DNA of 64,000 bases from an uncultured Lachnospiraceae bacterium (GTDB taxonomy: Bacteria; Bacillota; Clostridia; Lachnospirales; Lachnospiraceae), in the NCBI GenBank assembly GCA_900316805.1, contig ONEJ01000017.1, forward strand, positions 2,410 through 66,409, given 5' to 3'. Position numbers and translations under genes: made by a program. A model generated the notes under the pieces. It was not told the origin of the DNA. It ran no database searches and saw only the letters and a list, made by a program, of their open reading frames with translations. This document shows positions 31,107-42,438 of this stretch, piece after piece. The stretch's first letter is position 1; each line of letters opens with the position of its first letter.

Positions 31107-34100
31107 CTAATTCAAATCAAACAACGGTAATATCATAATAGTGAGCTTTCTATCTTCCTTTGCAGTACGTGTCTTACGATTTTCTTTTACGTATGTGGAA
31201 TAGGTTGAGAACGTGTAATTCACCGCTCCTTTATCCACCACATCGGAGTAAGGCACATACATAGTGTATACCGTTTTGTCGTTATCTGTAGTGCCTTTTA
31301 TTTCATAGGTTGTATTATTACCAACCCTCGTGACAGCACCTCCTCCTTTCTCCTCGATGTTTAAAGCATCATATACCTCCGGCACTGTATTGGCCTCCTT
31401 ATAGATATTAAGAAAATACTTCTGATCCTCCAGACCATCATGTGATCCATTTGCCTGAACCGTAAAATCAACCTTTACCATCTTCTGTCCATATTTATCT
31501 ACGACATTTCCATCTGCAAGCATGGAACCGGTTTCATCCGAATCATAATCCACATACAATAGACTTTCACCATTAGATGCAACGGAATTCGCATTCTCAA
31601 ATGATGTATACGGACTGGCTTCCGGCGGACGGTAAGCACTGATCATGGTGTTGACGAACAGCTTAACCTCATCATCAGACATCGTGATATATCCATTCTT
31701 TCCATTTCCATGACCGGCTCCGGTATAGGTAATATTTCCTTTATTGTAAATGTAAAAGTTGTTTCGTGAATCCTGATCCTTCGCTGAATATGCAGCAGTT
31801 TCCAAATTACATATTGTTTTGTTGTTATATTCATTCGTAACATCAGCACTCGTCAGACCTTTCGCCTTCTGTTCCTTAAGTTCTGTATCGTAGGCGTCAG
31901 TCAGGTTAAACCATACATTCACATCTCCACCAACCTCATAATCCATATCCAGCTGATAGTTCTGACAATGAGTAAGAGATACTGTAATAAATTGATTAAT
32001 ATGATACGGATACGAAGTAATCTGTCCATTATTTGTCAGCTTAACAATTGAGGTACCGGCATTTTGATTCACCCAACTTGGTCTATTTAATCGGGTATCC
32101 AATCCAGTCTGTTCCACACGATCAAGCTTATCTATTTTTCCTCTATTAATATAATCCGAGTAATTATTTACATAATTCTGTACCGCGTTATCACAATTTT
32201 CCTTTGCAAAGGTGCCCATAAACTCCGGCTCAATGGTAGAAAAATCCTTATCCTCCGAGAATATATGACCGTATTTCATATCCGTTTTCAGACTCGGATG
32301 CAAAAAATCCGGATAATCTCCATTTGCTACCTTATTAATTGTATTCCAATCATTTCCATATGACGTATCATATTTATCAATCGTATTTCCATTAGTCTTT
32401 GTTGACAAATAAGATTTCTCGTAAGTCTGTCCATCGTCCTTCAGATTATAATAGGCTTTCCGCTGTCCTGACACGGTTCGAATCCAGGGAGAATATGTAC
32501 CATATCTGCTACTTTTGCTGGCATCCTCAACAGTATCATGGCTGAGAATCATACTCTTACCCTGATCAATAAAGTCATTCAGTCCCTTGATATATACTTC
32601 ATCGTTCGTAATCGAATTACAATCCACGAATCCAAGAACAACCATATCATACTCTGACAGGAATGACTTCCAGTTCTCCAGACGATCTTCCTTACTTAAT
32701 ATATGATTATTTGCATCCTTCGCATTATCTCCGAACAAAGTTTTCCAGTCTGCATTAAACAAATACTGAATATGAACATCAAATTCCTGAACCGGCTTCA
32801 GATACGTTTCAAATTTCTCAGCTGTTTTTTTCTGTTGATAAGACAGCTTGCTATTTAATTTGCTATTATCATCACTGGTCGTATAATCAATATCCGGGTC
32901 ATAATACGACTTTTGAATATTCACACTCTTTGTCGTAAATGCAGAAAAATTAGAGCCTAAAGAATCACCCCAACTATTCATATCACTACGGGAAAGACAC
33001 ATCTGCAGCACATTCAGTCGTGCCGGTTCCTTGGTAACGGAAAAAGCTGTGAAATCAATGGCACTGGAACGAAGATACGGATTATCAACAGCATTAACCT
33101 CCAGCTTCCAAGGAACAATTCCCAAGCGATCCTCTGAAAGAGTGTAGGAAGCATAATATTCTGTATTCGGATCCAGATAGCATTCTTTCCCCTCCTCAGC
33201 CTTCAGCAGTACCTTATCGCCGCCTTCTACCTTGTATACAGACATTTTAAAAGGTTTTTCCAAGGAATCATAGTTATCCTTATTATCGTCGGTCTTACCC
33301 AGTGCATCGTTCATATTGTCAATTTCACTGTGCTCCTTTAAGGATCCGCGATACACACCGTCACCATCGGAATCCAGATTCAGACGCAGCCGGTACTTTG
33401 TTCCGGCAACTCCATCAATATAGAAATGATAATTCAAAACTGCCTTGCCATTCACATCCTTCGCCTGATAATTCTCATATTGAATGATTCCCTTTGCATT
33501 TGCAGAATCAGTCGTTGAGTAGCTGTACTCCAATGGATAGGAATCCGGATCATCAATAAATCTTAACTGGCACTTACTGTTATTGATAAGGTCTTGCATT
33601 TTACCGGAATCATAACCATAGTAACGGAGAATGTTATTCTGGGCATTTCTCTCCGTATCCTTATCCTCCCAGGTCAGAAGATCAAATAACTTGGAATTCT
33701 TATCAACCTTTTCTGTATTGATCTCATACTTACTGCCCGACTTTTTATAGAGTTCCTGATCCACAACAATGGGTTTCCCGGCCTTCAGAAAATCCTTCAG
33801 CTCCAGCATCTTCTTCAGCGTAATATCCGTTCCTGAATAACGAATACGATCCCGACTGGCATTCGTAAGCTTGCCGGGCGAAAATACCGAACCATTCTTG
33901 TATTTATAGACCAGATCACCTGCAGCCGTATATATGAGTTTTCCCAGATTCGGGTCATTGTAGCCATCTAATCCATTAGATTTATCCTGCATGGATCCAA
34001 TAATGACCAAATCATACTTTGCGATAAGATCATCTGAACTGTCCGTCGTTAAGAGTATGGGATTTCCATTCTCATCCGTCTTGCCATACTCATATCGTCC

Positions 34101-35975
34101 GGTGCTGCCCACAAACTCTGCAGTGGTCATCGTGGTTACCTGAAGCAGATCCTCATTCTCCACCCAGTTTTCACCTTCGGAAGCTCCATACCACGGGAAC
34201 AGCTGCTCATAATACTTCTTCCATCCGCCATCTACATTGTTACCATTCTGATCCTTCAGCTGATACTTATCATTCTTATAGATAAACTGCTGACACGGCT
34301 GAATCTCAAGGACTCGAAGCTTTGGTGTATACTGAGGTCCACTCAGAATATATTTCATGACATCCTGAATCGAATAAGTATCTTTGCTATTTCCATAATG
34401 ATCCGCCATATCCTGAATGGAGTTTCCTCCATTTAAAGGATCCTTACCATCATTTTTGATGTTTGGTGTTGCAAAGAAATCCTGCACCAACCCATTATTT
34501 CCTTTGTAAATAAATATCTTTTCGAAGACAGAATATTCCCCTACATTCTTTCCGTCAAAACGCATATTGGATGTAATATTATTTCCTGTCTGATCAAAAG
34601 CAAACGTACCGGTCGGTCCCCCAGGTATAGTTGTAGGAACCCAGGTGTCACTCATACTTGCATCCTTAGCAGGATAATACAGTTTACTCTTATTAAGATC
34701 TTTTGTCTTTGTGTCAATAGTATCCAGCAACCCTAGAGTATTAACAAAATCCTTTGGTTTAAACTGTGTAGCCATCAACATTAACTTATATGTATTTAAG
34801 CTGTCTCCACTTTGGTTACCTAACTGGGTACCTTCGAAAATCAGGGCAGGCGGATTACTCTCTACCATATTTCTCATAATCCGGACAGCCTCATCATTCG
34901 TCAGATCATGCTTGTCAAATCCCTCCAATGCACCTGCTGATTCGGAGCGCTTACTTACATCTTTATTATACTTATACCACAAGTTTTCACGAAGGGACGG
35001 TGTATTATTTCCGGTATGGATAAAGATTAAATCAGCGTCATCAATAAGATCCAACCGTTCACTTAATAACTCCGGAGTGATTGTCAATACTTTGGAGACA
35101 AAGGCATTGTCCCCATAGGAGCTCCCACCAAAAGTATTCTTGATGAATTTATCCTCGTTATAGAAATGTTCAGAATATACATGACATTTAAACATTCCTT
35201 TTCGGGTCATCCATATACCTTTTTCTTCAGGCTTCTTGTTATTTTTGGGAACATTCTGTGATTCTGTTTTCCATACGAAGCTTCCCTTATTGGCTCCTAC
35301 ATATTTGAAATAATATTTACCAAATACATCTCCTTTTTCTTTCTTTTCAACATCAGAAAAATTTACCGGATAATAATCTCCCCAAGAAATATCATAACAG
35401 CCATTCCCGGCACCAACATTCTCAAAACATCCATACTGCTCTAAAGAACTATCCCATACCCACGTATTCTTGTCTCCGCTGCCACTGTTATCAATGGTCA
35501 AATCCGTACGAACAGTAAAATCTGTAATACTGGCACAATTATTCAAATTCAGCGGATATGGTGTATCCGACGGAATATCCTCATAGAAAACCGAATCCAT
35601 CCAGTAATCCACCGGTTTATTCTGATAAGTCTGCAGTAAATCCAAATTCCCGTGGGAATTAGCATAATCCTTTTCAGCTGCTGCCATATCGATTGGCTCA
35701 CATCCCGGAATGAAATATCCGAAGGATGCCTGATCCAAAGTCGGGACGATTTCAAGAGCAACAAAAGGATTTGCCTCTGTCCCAAGCTTGTCTCCGGGAT
35801 TCATCTTGAGTGTAGAAGGATACGTTCCCAAATAAGCTTGATTTTTTGTCTTTTCCAATGCGGATGCCGTATCTGCATAGGTACGGTCATCACTTGCATC
35901 CCCAACCACAATCAGTCCGGCCAGCATACTGACACATAACATGATGGATAAAATTCTTTTTGTTATTGTTCTCAT
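31107..35975 (-). CDS. Large secreted DUF5057-like protein, putative pilus-tip adhesin
   Basis: Sec-type signal; NPFVALEIVP, LRVLEIQP, NNGQITSYP, NNFYIYNKGNITYTGAGH, EVKLFVNTMISAY motifs; last gene of T4P operon. Confidence 0.75.
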   Translation of the reverse strand: MRTITKRILSIMLCVSMLAGLIVVGDASDDRTYADTASALEKTKNQAYLGTYPSTLKMNPGDKLGTEANPFVALEIVPTLDQASFGYFIPGCEPIDMAAAEKDYANSHGNLDLLQTYQNKPVDYWMDSVFYEDIPSDTPYPLNLNNCASITDFTVRTDLTIDNSGSGDKNTWVWDSSLEQYGCFENVGAGNGCYDISWGDYYPVNFSDVEKKEKGDVFGKYYFKYVGANKGSFVWKTESQNVPKNNKKPEEKGIWMTRKGMFKCHVYSEHFYNEDKFIKNTFGGSSYGDNAFVSKVLTITPELLSERLDLIDDADLIFIHTGNNTPSLRENLWYKYNKDVSKRSESAGALEGFDKHDLTNDEAVRIMRNMVESNPPALIFEGTQLGNQSGDSLNTYKLMLMATQFKPKDFVNTLGLLDTIDTKTKDLNKSKLYYPAKDASMSDTWVPTTIPGGPTGTFAFDQTGNNITSNMRFDGKNVGEYSVFEKIFIYKGNNGLVQDFFATPNIKNDGKDPLNGGNSIQDMADHYGNSKDTYSIQDVMKYILSGPQYTPKLRVLEIQPCQQFIYKNDKYQLKDQNGNNVDGGWKKYYEQLFPWYGASEGENWVENEDLLQVTTMTTAEFVGSTGRYEYGKTDENGNPILLTTDSSDDLIAKYDLVIIGSMQDKSNGLDGYNDPNLGKLIYTAAGDLVYKYKNGSVFSPGKLTNASRDRIRYSGTDITLKKMLELKDFLKAGKPIVVDQELYKKSGSKYEINTEKVDKNSKLFDLLTWEDKDTERNAQNNILRYYGYDSGKMQDLINNSKCQLRFIDDPDSYPLEYSYSTTDSANAKGIIQYENYQAKDVNGKAVLNYHFYIDGVAGTKYRLRLNLDSDGDGVYRGSLKEHSEIDNMNDALGKTDDNKDNYDSLEKPFKMSVYKVEGGDKVLLKAEEGKECYLDPNTEYYASYTLSEDRLGIVPWKLEVNAVDNPYLRSSAIDFTAFSVTKEPARLNVLQMCLSRSDMNSWGDSLGSNFSAFTTKSVNIQKSYYDPDIDYTTSDDNSKLNSKLSYQQKKTAEKFETYLKPVQEFDVHIQYLFNADWKTLFGDNAKDANNHILSKEDRLENWKSFLSEYDMVVLGFVDCNSITNDEVYIKGLNDFIDQGKSMILSHDTVEDASKSSRYGTYSPWIRTVSGQRKAYYNLKDDGQTYEKSYLSTKTNGNTIDKYDTSYGNDWNTINKVANGDYPDFLHPSLKTDMKYGHIFSEDKDFSTIEPEFMGTFAKENCDNAVQNYVNNYSDYINRGKIDKLDRVEQTGLDTRLNRPSWVNQNAGTSIVKLTNNGQITSYPYHINQFITVSLTHCQNYQLDMDYEVGGDVNVWFNLTDAYDTELKEQKAKGLTSADVTNEYNNKTICNLETAAYSAKDQDSRNNFYIYNKGNITYTGAGHGNGKNGYITMSDDEVKLFVNTMISAYRPPEASPYTSFENANSVASNGESLLYVDYDSDETGSMLADGNVVDKYGQKMVKVDFTVQANGSHDGLEDQKYFLNIYKEANTVPEVYDALNIEEKGGGAVTRVGNNTTYEIKGTTDNDKTVYTMYVPYSDVVDKGAVNYTFSTYSTYVKENRKTRTAKEDRKLTIMILPLFDLN

Positions 35976-36001
35976 GCCTGATACCTCTCACTTTCCAATC
36001 A

Positions 36002-38224
36002 TTAACTCGTTTTATCCAGACGCCACTGTCTGGAAGTTGCATCATAGAAATATGTCTCACCCTTATACTTTACCCAATACTGATGCATGCGATTGTCATT
36101 ACCTTTATGAAGATTATTGGTGTATTTGATCTCCTCTCCGTCTGCAGTATAAATACTGCAGGAACGATTGGTTCCAGGGGTCGTCTTACTACTGTCAAAT
36201 CTGCTGATATCCGTAACATAAGGTATATAAACAGGAGTATCCACCTTTTTGCTTCCGTTCAAAATGTAAGTATTCTCTGCCCCCGGCTGGAATCTGATAT
36301 CGCAGCTGATGCCTTCCATCACCTTATTTCTGGAATCCTTCAATCCGAAGGAAATCGTCTGTGGGGAAGTCGTTGTTGATTTTGCCGTAACAGACGCAGA
36401 CATCTCTCCACTGGAGATTGCCGTATTGAGACCATCCCCTCCGTCATCCAGAACACAAAGCTTATATGTCTTCACACCGGAAGCCTTAAAGGAAACCTTC
36501 TGGGTCTTTCCTCTCGTGATCGGATACATCTGCTGTGAAATAGTAGATGGATCCATAGTCAGCTTCACATTCGGGAATCTCAGCTGAATTGACGGCCCTG
36601 CTATGAAAGTACCATCCTGATCTTTATATGTGGATTCCAAATCAATATTAACAGTACTGTTGTAATCCTGCACATCATAATTCAGATAATATCCATCATC
36701 AGTACGAGTCACCGTTACCCGATTATCACTCGAAGTCAGTGTCCATTCCTCCGGTCCGACAATTTCCGTTTTCCCGCTGACATAGGAAGCCTGCAGCTCA
36801 TAATTCTGTGAATCTCCACGGTCTACAGTAAACATCGTTGCTCCCCCTCCGGTGGCTGTATTCCCACCTGCAACGATACTTACACCATTGATTGTGTCTG
36901 TATCATCTGTAAATGCAACCGACGTAGATCCTGTAACAGTTTTCGTTCCTGTTTTGCAGCTGATTGTGAGTGGGAACGTCTGACCTTTGTAACTTACCGG
37001 CCGCTGCACTGTAACCTTATAGGTCAGTGTTCCATCCACTGCAACCGATTCAGCCGTAATGGAAGGTCTCAAAACAGAACCTGCATCTATGTGCATCTTT
37101 GTCAAAAGATCTGTCAGATCCGTCGCCGACAAATTGGTTCCCGTCAACGTAAATGTCCCATGCATCAGCTTTGGATTGGACGAATCTGCCACAAAACCAC
37201 CCAGGACTGCATTCTGAATGGATTTTACGTGAATTGTCGCTGCTCCCGTCTTATACTTGGTAGTATCATCACCAGCAGAGTTAATACTGCTGAGCGCCGT
37301 TGCATTCACTGTGATATTTGAGGTCACACTATCTCCAACCGTAATCACACCCGTCAACCGATTAATGGAAGCTCCCGCAACTGCCGGATTTAAAGACCAT
37401 ATGGTCTGCCCGCTTCCTAAAGATCCATTAGCAAATTTGTAAGTAACGGTAAATGGATTCGGTACCGTTGTTCCTGCCCAGATGTAAAAATCAGAAGGAG
37501 TAACATCAACAGTTAACACTTCATTTCCCTGCTTTTCCTCCTCTGTAAACTTGAAATAATCATTTCCGTTTCCATCAAGCTTCGCAATCATCTTGTTACG
37601 CAGAAGAACGGTATGGGATGTTGTATATTTTCTTCCCTCATAATCAAATTTTATTGTAAATTTCACAGAATTCTTGCTAACAAGCTTAGACAGATCAACC
37701 TCAAAATCTGTAGCGTTCTTAACAAGCTGGGAAATTTCCTCCGGGTTCTTCTTATCATCCGTCATTGTAATGGAATGGGTAGTTGTATCATAAGTACAAT
37801 CTCTGGTACAGAACACCAATCCTTCTACACTGGTAGCCGTATCTGTATCAACATAGATATGGATTGCCTCGTAATCTGCGGTCTTTTTTACAACAGACTC
37901 TCCTGACGTTGCCTTACTCTCATAATTGCGGTAATAGAGATAAAGATCATTCCCCCTGTCGGAACCTGCCCCCGGTCTCAACCCGATTCCCTGATTAGCA
38001 TTGATAACAAGCGATTCCAGCTGGGCCATGGTCAGCTGTGCATCATTCTGGACACCGGCCTCCTTGTTTCCCTTATTGTAAAAGCCCATGGTCTGGATAA
38101 AAAAGCCAAAAATAAGAACAAGAACAATTGATATGATGGCAAGCGCAACCAATAGCTCGACCAGCGTCAATCCGCGATTGTCCTTTTTCCCCTTTTTCAT
38201 CTGCTCAACTCTTCCCTTCTTCAT
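36002..38224 (-). CDS. Large minor pilin (PilW-like N-terminus with Ig-like C-terminal domains)
   Basis: Class III signal NRG|LTLVELLVAL; long beta-rich C-terminus; start uncertain (38248/38224/38200). Confidence 0.8.
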   Translation of the reverse strand: MKKGRVEQMKKGKKDNRGLTLVELLVALAIISIVLVLIFGFFIQTMGFYNKGNKEAGVQNDAQLTMAQLESLVINANQGIGLRPGAGSDRGNDLYLYYRNYESKATSGESVVKKTADYEAIHIYVDTDTATSVEGLVFCTRDCTYDTTTHSITMTDDKKNPEEISQLVKNATDFEVDLSKLVSKNSVKFTIKFDYEGRKYTTSHTVLLRNKMIAKLDGNGNDYFKFTEEEKQGNEVLTVDVTPSDFYIWAGTTVPNPFTVTYKFANGSLGSGQTIWSLNPAVAGASINRLTGVITVGDSVTSNITVNATALSSINSAGDDTTKYKTGAATIHVKSIQNAVLGGFVADSSNPKLMHGTFTLTGTNLSATDLTDLLTKMHIDAGSVLRPSITAESVAVDGTLTYKVTVQRPVSYKGQTFPLTISCKTGTKTVTGSTSVAFTDDTDTINGVSIVAGGNTATGGGATMFTVDRGDSQNYELQASYVSGKTEIVGPEEWTLTSSDNRVTVTRTDDGYYLNYDVQDYNSTVNIDLESTYKDQDGTFIAGPSIQLRFPNVKLTMDPSTISQQMYPITRGKTQKVSFKASGVKTYKLCVLDDGGDGLNTAISSGEMSASVTAKSTTTSPQTISFGLKDSRNKVMEGISCDIRFQPGAENTYILNGSKKVDTPVYIPYVTDISRFDSSKTTPGTNRSCSIYTADGEEIKYTNNLHKGNDNRMHQYWVKYKGETYFYDATSRQWRLDKTS

Positions 38225-38228
38225 AGCT

Positions 38229-38765
38229 TTAATCCTTCTCACACTCAAATTTTCCGGTAACCGGATGCAGCGTTATGGTATATCCCTTTCCACCACTTTT
38301 ACTTCCGGATACATGAATTATCCTGCAGTATACATCTGTCCCGGCTTCCGTATACAACACCTTCCCACTGGCATCATAAGAGACAGCTGTTTTCATTGTC
38401 TGAAAAGCCCCGGTTCCTCTTGAAAAGGTAAGTACCAACGGATTTCCATCAAGGTCTACCATATCGGAACCATCGGACTTGGTGGCATAAGAGATATAAA
38501 TTCTTTTTCCAAGCTTACGATCCTTCCCAAAAGAACTTGTGAGTACACACTCTCCGTCCTCATAGCTCAGCTTAACCCACGCATCGCTTTTGGCAAGCGC
38601 TTCAGAACGTGTCTGCTGAAGCAAGTTAAAAACTGTCGTTGCTGCCCGCCGGCTTTTCCATGGTCCTTGTGAATAAGCCAAAGAAATGATACCTGTTCCA
38701 ACAACCGCCATAATTGAAATGACTACAACTAATTCAATTAACGAATATCCCTTATTTTTTCTCAC
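38229..38765 (-). CDS. Minor pilin (FimU/GspH-like)
   Basis: NKG|YSLIELVVV; RSEAL; YTITLHPVTGK. Confidence 0.82.
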   Translation of the reverse strand: MRKNKGYSLIELVVVISIMAVVGTGIISLAYSQGPWKSRRAATTVFNLLQQTRSEALAKSDAWVKLSYEDGECVLTSSFGKDRKLGKRIYISYATKSDGSDMVDLDGNPLVLTFSRGTGAFQTMKTAVSYDASGKVLYTEAGTDVYCRIIHVSGSKSGGKGYTITLHPVTGKFECEKD

Positions 38766-38777
38766 GCAATCACCTGC

Positions 38778-41171
38778 TTACTGTTTCGACCAATTGTCAA
38801 AGCTTACATAATCGGAAAGACGAATCTCATTATCATCGCCTCCCTCACCTCCGGATCCACCGATAGAATAAAGATGTCCCTGATTCAGATAATCTGCAGC
38901 ACAGACAGCGCTGCTGTCCTGAATACGAAGCGCCTGCTGGGCAAAAGCCGTATCCGCGGTAAGCTTAGCCCCACCCTCGATGGTTACTGTTCCACCTGCA
39001 ATAATTAATCCTGTGAATTCACATCCGGACTTAATGACCACATCTCCGGATGCAATCAGAACATGCATCGGGTAGCCGGATTTCTCAGCTACACTGATTT
39101 CATAAGCAGAACCGCCTCTATTGTTAACAACTACTGCACACATCTTATCCAGCACTCCGGTTATTTCATTCTGCTTAAATACCTTCTCTGAACCGGAAGA
39201 TATGTTTTTAACAGAATCTGACATAGCAGCCATATTCGGCACCACCAGATACTGGTAAATTGTTTTCGCACGGTCTTCTGCAGACAAACCGGTAGAATCA
39301 ACGGTAAGCTTATGCCGTAACGCTGCGAACGTGTTCTGATAAGTAAGCTCCTTCTGTGGTAAATTCAACCCACTGGCAATTTCCAGCTTACCCGGATAAA
39401 ATTTTGTTTCTTTTCCATTGGGAACTAAAACACTTCCGTTGTAATAGAATCCAAAATTTGTAGGTATATCTGCAGGATACTGAATATCAAATCTTGGATT
39501 ATCATAATTATCAATATCAAAAAGAGGATAAATTCTTCCCTTTAAGGAATTCAGATTCTCCTGTTTTCCGTAATATGTATTTGCATAATCTGCTGCTGAT
39601 TTTTCGCTGTCAAATACAAGGAAAAAATATACCATCTGTTTTGGTGCTACACCTGTACCAACCGTAACCTGATAAACCTCTTTACGGATTCCGATTACTC
39701 CATCCTTTAGAAGATTCTGTGGGATATTGTCTGCAGAATCTGCAGCCGGCTTTACATAATCCACATCCTTAATCTGATCCACACTTGTGTAACCAAGCGC
39801 TTTCCTCATTTCTTCCTGGAGGGCAGCAAATGTTTCTCCGGTCATAGGATTTCTCCCACCATATGTCTTGCAATAAGGGGCAAGACTTCCTGTCGGAACG
39901 AGATATGCACGCTGATCAGACTTCAGGGAAAGTGATTCTCCCATCAGAATATCTGTATTATTATCTCCTTTCAGGCTGGCACCAACATAGGAATTACCTG
40001 CCAGTACCATCTCCTTCAAGCCGCTCAGATCTACTTTCGCATTATTTCCATTGACAAGAATTGAGCTGGAGAAATCCGCCGGATGAGTATCCCCATATCC
40101 GGTATTGGTATCGTTATGGTCTGCCAGCTGAAATGCCATTGTACCATCCGCCATTTCCTTATATACCTCAGCAACATTTTGAGCTGTAGAAGGATTGCCG
40201 TATGCATACAAAAGTCCGCTCATGGACAGATCTGCCGTACCACCTGCTGAATTCAGAAGTACAATATCATTATTCAGATATGTAGTACCTTTCAGCTCCA
40301 CTGTTGATGAGTCTACTACCACCCCACGGGCCCATGCCTGAATTCCTTCATTCACAGTAAGACTGGAACCCTGTCTTGCATAAAAATTATCTGCAGTAAT
40401 CAGTTTGCTTCCATCTTCACCCTGAGACTTAAATGTAACTCCACTGGTATCAAGTTCAGCACCCGCATTGCCAAGATATGCACTTCCCTCAACCTCAATG
40501 TTAAATCCATTCGTGATTGTCTTCTCATTGGCTACAAGTGTAAATGATGTCAGATCAAGTGGGGATGTACTCATCTGGTCAAAATCAATCTGTGGGCAGG
40601 ATAAAACAATATCTGTCTGAATCTTTGTCATATAATTTCTGTCATCCACATAAGTAACCAAAAGATTCTTAATGGTAAATGTTCCAGCCTCCGGATCCTG
40701 ATTCAACGCATTAGTGCCAACAGCCTGCACCGTTAGCGAACTAGCGGAAGAAGAAACCTCAGAAGAAATCATAGACCTCAAATGATCCAGGTCATAGTGC
40801 TTCGCAAGAGAAGTACCTCCGCTCTGCTCAATCAGAGCAAGAAGTTCTTCTTGAAACTTTGACACATAGTTGTTCTTACGTGTAGTCTCATCTACATTGC
40901 TGAAATTCTCGAGCGTATAAGCATATGCCTTTCCCACAGCAGTGGATACATCATGCTGCAGCCCCACAGAAATATCGTCGATTACCTGCTCAGCGCTGTA
41001 GAAATTTTTCTTGGAATTCATATTCGTATTCTTCATCTGGAAGGTCATCAGGCTGACCGTCAACAGCGTAAATGCCATAATACCTATGATGGCAACAATT
41101 GAAATTACCATCACCAGTGATGAACCTTTATTGGATTTTCGTTCCTTCCATCGTCGTAAGAAGTCCCTCAT
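38778..41171 (-). CDS. Large PilX/GspK-like minor pilin (no Glu5)
   Basis: NKG|SSLVMVISIVAIIG; KNFYSAE; FTGLIIAGG; YVSFDNWSKQ terminus; start uncertain. Confidence 0.78.
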   Translation of the reverse strand: MRDFLRRWKERKSNKGSSLVMVISIVAIIGIMAFTLLTVSLMTFQMKNTNMNSKKNFYSAEQVIDDISVGLQHDVSTAVGKAYAYTLENFSNVDETTRKNNYVSKFQEELLALIEQSGGTSLAKHYDLDHLRSMISSEVSSSASSLTVQAVGTNALNQDPEAGTFTIKNLLVTYVDDRNYMTKIQTDIVLSCPQIDFDQMSTSPLDLTSFTLVANEKTITNGFNIEVEGSAYLGNAGAELDTSGVTFKSQGEDGSKLITADNFYARQGSSLTVNEGIQAWARGVVVDSSTVELKGTTYLNNDIVLLNSAGGTADLSMSGLLYAYGNPSTAQNVAEVYKEMADGTMAFQLADHNDTNTGYGDTHPADFSSSILVNGNNAKVDLSGLKEMVLAGNSYVGASLKGDNNTDILMGESLSLKSDQRAYLVPTGSLAPYCKTYGGRNPMTGETFAALQEEMRKALGYTSVDQIKDVDYVKPAADSADNIPQNLLKDGVIGIRKEVYQVTVGTGVAPKQMVYFFLVFDSEKSAADYANTYYGKQENLNSLKGRIYPLFDIDNYDNPRFDIQYPADIPTNFGFYYNGSVLVPNGKETKFYPGKLEIASGLNLPQKELTYQNTFAALRHKLTVDSTGLSAEDRAKTIYQYLVVPNMAAMSDSVKNISSGSEKVFKQNEITGVLDKMCAVVVNNRGGSAYEISVAEKSGYPMHVLIASGDVVIKSGCEFTGLIIAGGTVTIEGGAKLTADTAFAQQALRIQDSSAVCAADYLNQGHLYSIGGSGGEGGDDNEIRLSDYVSFDNWSKQ

Positions 41172-42429
41172 ATACACCTGCATCCTTTTTATCATATACA
41201 TTAATAGTTACTTTATAAATATTCAGCTGAGACGAAGCCCTGGTCAGATCTGCCTTGCCATCCTCAAGTTCCAGTAGATCCCCCGGTGTAATACCATAAG
41301 AATTGGCAGGAGGCGCGGACCCATTGTTCAGATATGTAAGCTGTATCTGACTACTGTTAACACTTGTGTGATACGTCAAATTGGAAACAATTGACGTAAT
41401 GACATTGGGAACCTTCTCTCCACTTCCATCTTCCTTATCTTTTCTGAACGGAACTGCAACAGTAGACTCATCGTCATTCGTACGAACCTTCTCATCCACG
41501 GTAAGTCCAATAGAATAATACGGCTTTCTTGCACTATAAACAGGTGCATCATCACGCCCGGTCTGCTTAACAAGATATACACCCATCTTATAATCAGACA
41601 AATTATTGATTTTGATTGTCTCCTTCGGATGAATCCGATCATCTGACGTATAATTATTATACATTGGATAAAAGCATACAAACAAATTAGACAACGTGTT
41701 CGTCAACTCTGCACTGTTGTTATAAATCTCCTGATTGTCTACCGCAGTCACTGTGCCGGTTTCTCCGGGTCTTTCGTCCTTATAAGTCACTGTTACAAAT
41801 ACTTTTGACAAATTGGAAGATTCATCATGTTCCACAGTTAAACTGATATTACGGCTCATTTTATCAAGCACATCCTGATAATGATTCAAATCCAGGACTT
41901 TTGCCGCTGCAATATCCTGATCCGCCGGCTGGATGTAGAACGCATTGGTTGCCTTTGACAATCCGGAAATATTCGAAAAAGGCTGACTGTTGTAGTGGGT
42001 CGCTTCTCCAGAAACAGCACTCATCTTTGTGGTATAGTCAGTGGGATCCAGAATAACCTCCCCATAAAAATTCCGGTCATTAAAGGCTATGTTATCAAAC
42101 TTACGCGTATACTTATAGATTACGTTCCCATCAGAGTCCTTGATCGGTGTCGGATCTGAAGCCGATGTGGGAAAGGACGATTTGGTTGTGTTCACTGTAT
42201 CCGCCTCCAGATATCCCTTCAGATCACTGGCTTTCAGCTCTTCGAACAAATTCTGAGCAACCGAAGTTGCCTCCATCGTCTTCTTGGCCTTCGAGTTGGT
42301 CCGTGCGGACGTAAGAAAGCTGTGAAGCAATGGAATGGTAACAACTCCTAAAATCGCGATTGCAACCAAAAGCTCAATCAGCGAAAAACCCCTGTTATTT
42401 TTTTGATGCTTTTCTGGCATACCCATCAC
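41128..42429 (-). CDS. Minor pilin (PilV-like, extended)
   Basis: NRG|FSLIELLVAIAILG; ATSVAQNLFEELK; IYKVTINVY. Confidence 0.82.
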   Translation of the reverse strand: MMGMPEKHQKNNRGFSLIELLVAIAILGVVTIPLLHSFLTSARTNSKAKKTMEATSVAQNLFEELKASDLKGYLEADTVNTTKSSFPTSASDPTPIKDSDGNVIYKYTRKFDNIAFNDRNFYGEVILDPTDYTTKMSAVSGEATHYNSQPFSNISGLSKATNAFYIQPADQDIAAAKVLDLNHYQDVLDKMSRNISLTVEHDESSNLSKVFVTVTYKDERPGETGTVTAVDNQEIYNNSAELTNTLSNLFVCFYPMYNNYTSDDRIHPKETIKINNLSDYKMGVYLVKQTGRDDAPVYSARKPYYSIGLTVDEKVRTNDDESTVAVPFRKDKEDGSGEKVPNVITSIVSNLTYHTSVNSSQIQLTYLNNGSAPPANSYGITPGDLLELEDGKADLTRASSQLNIYKVTINVYDKKDAGVYEGLLTTMEGTKIQ

Positions 42430-42438
42430 CCTTTAGTC

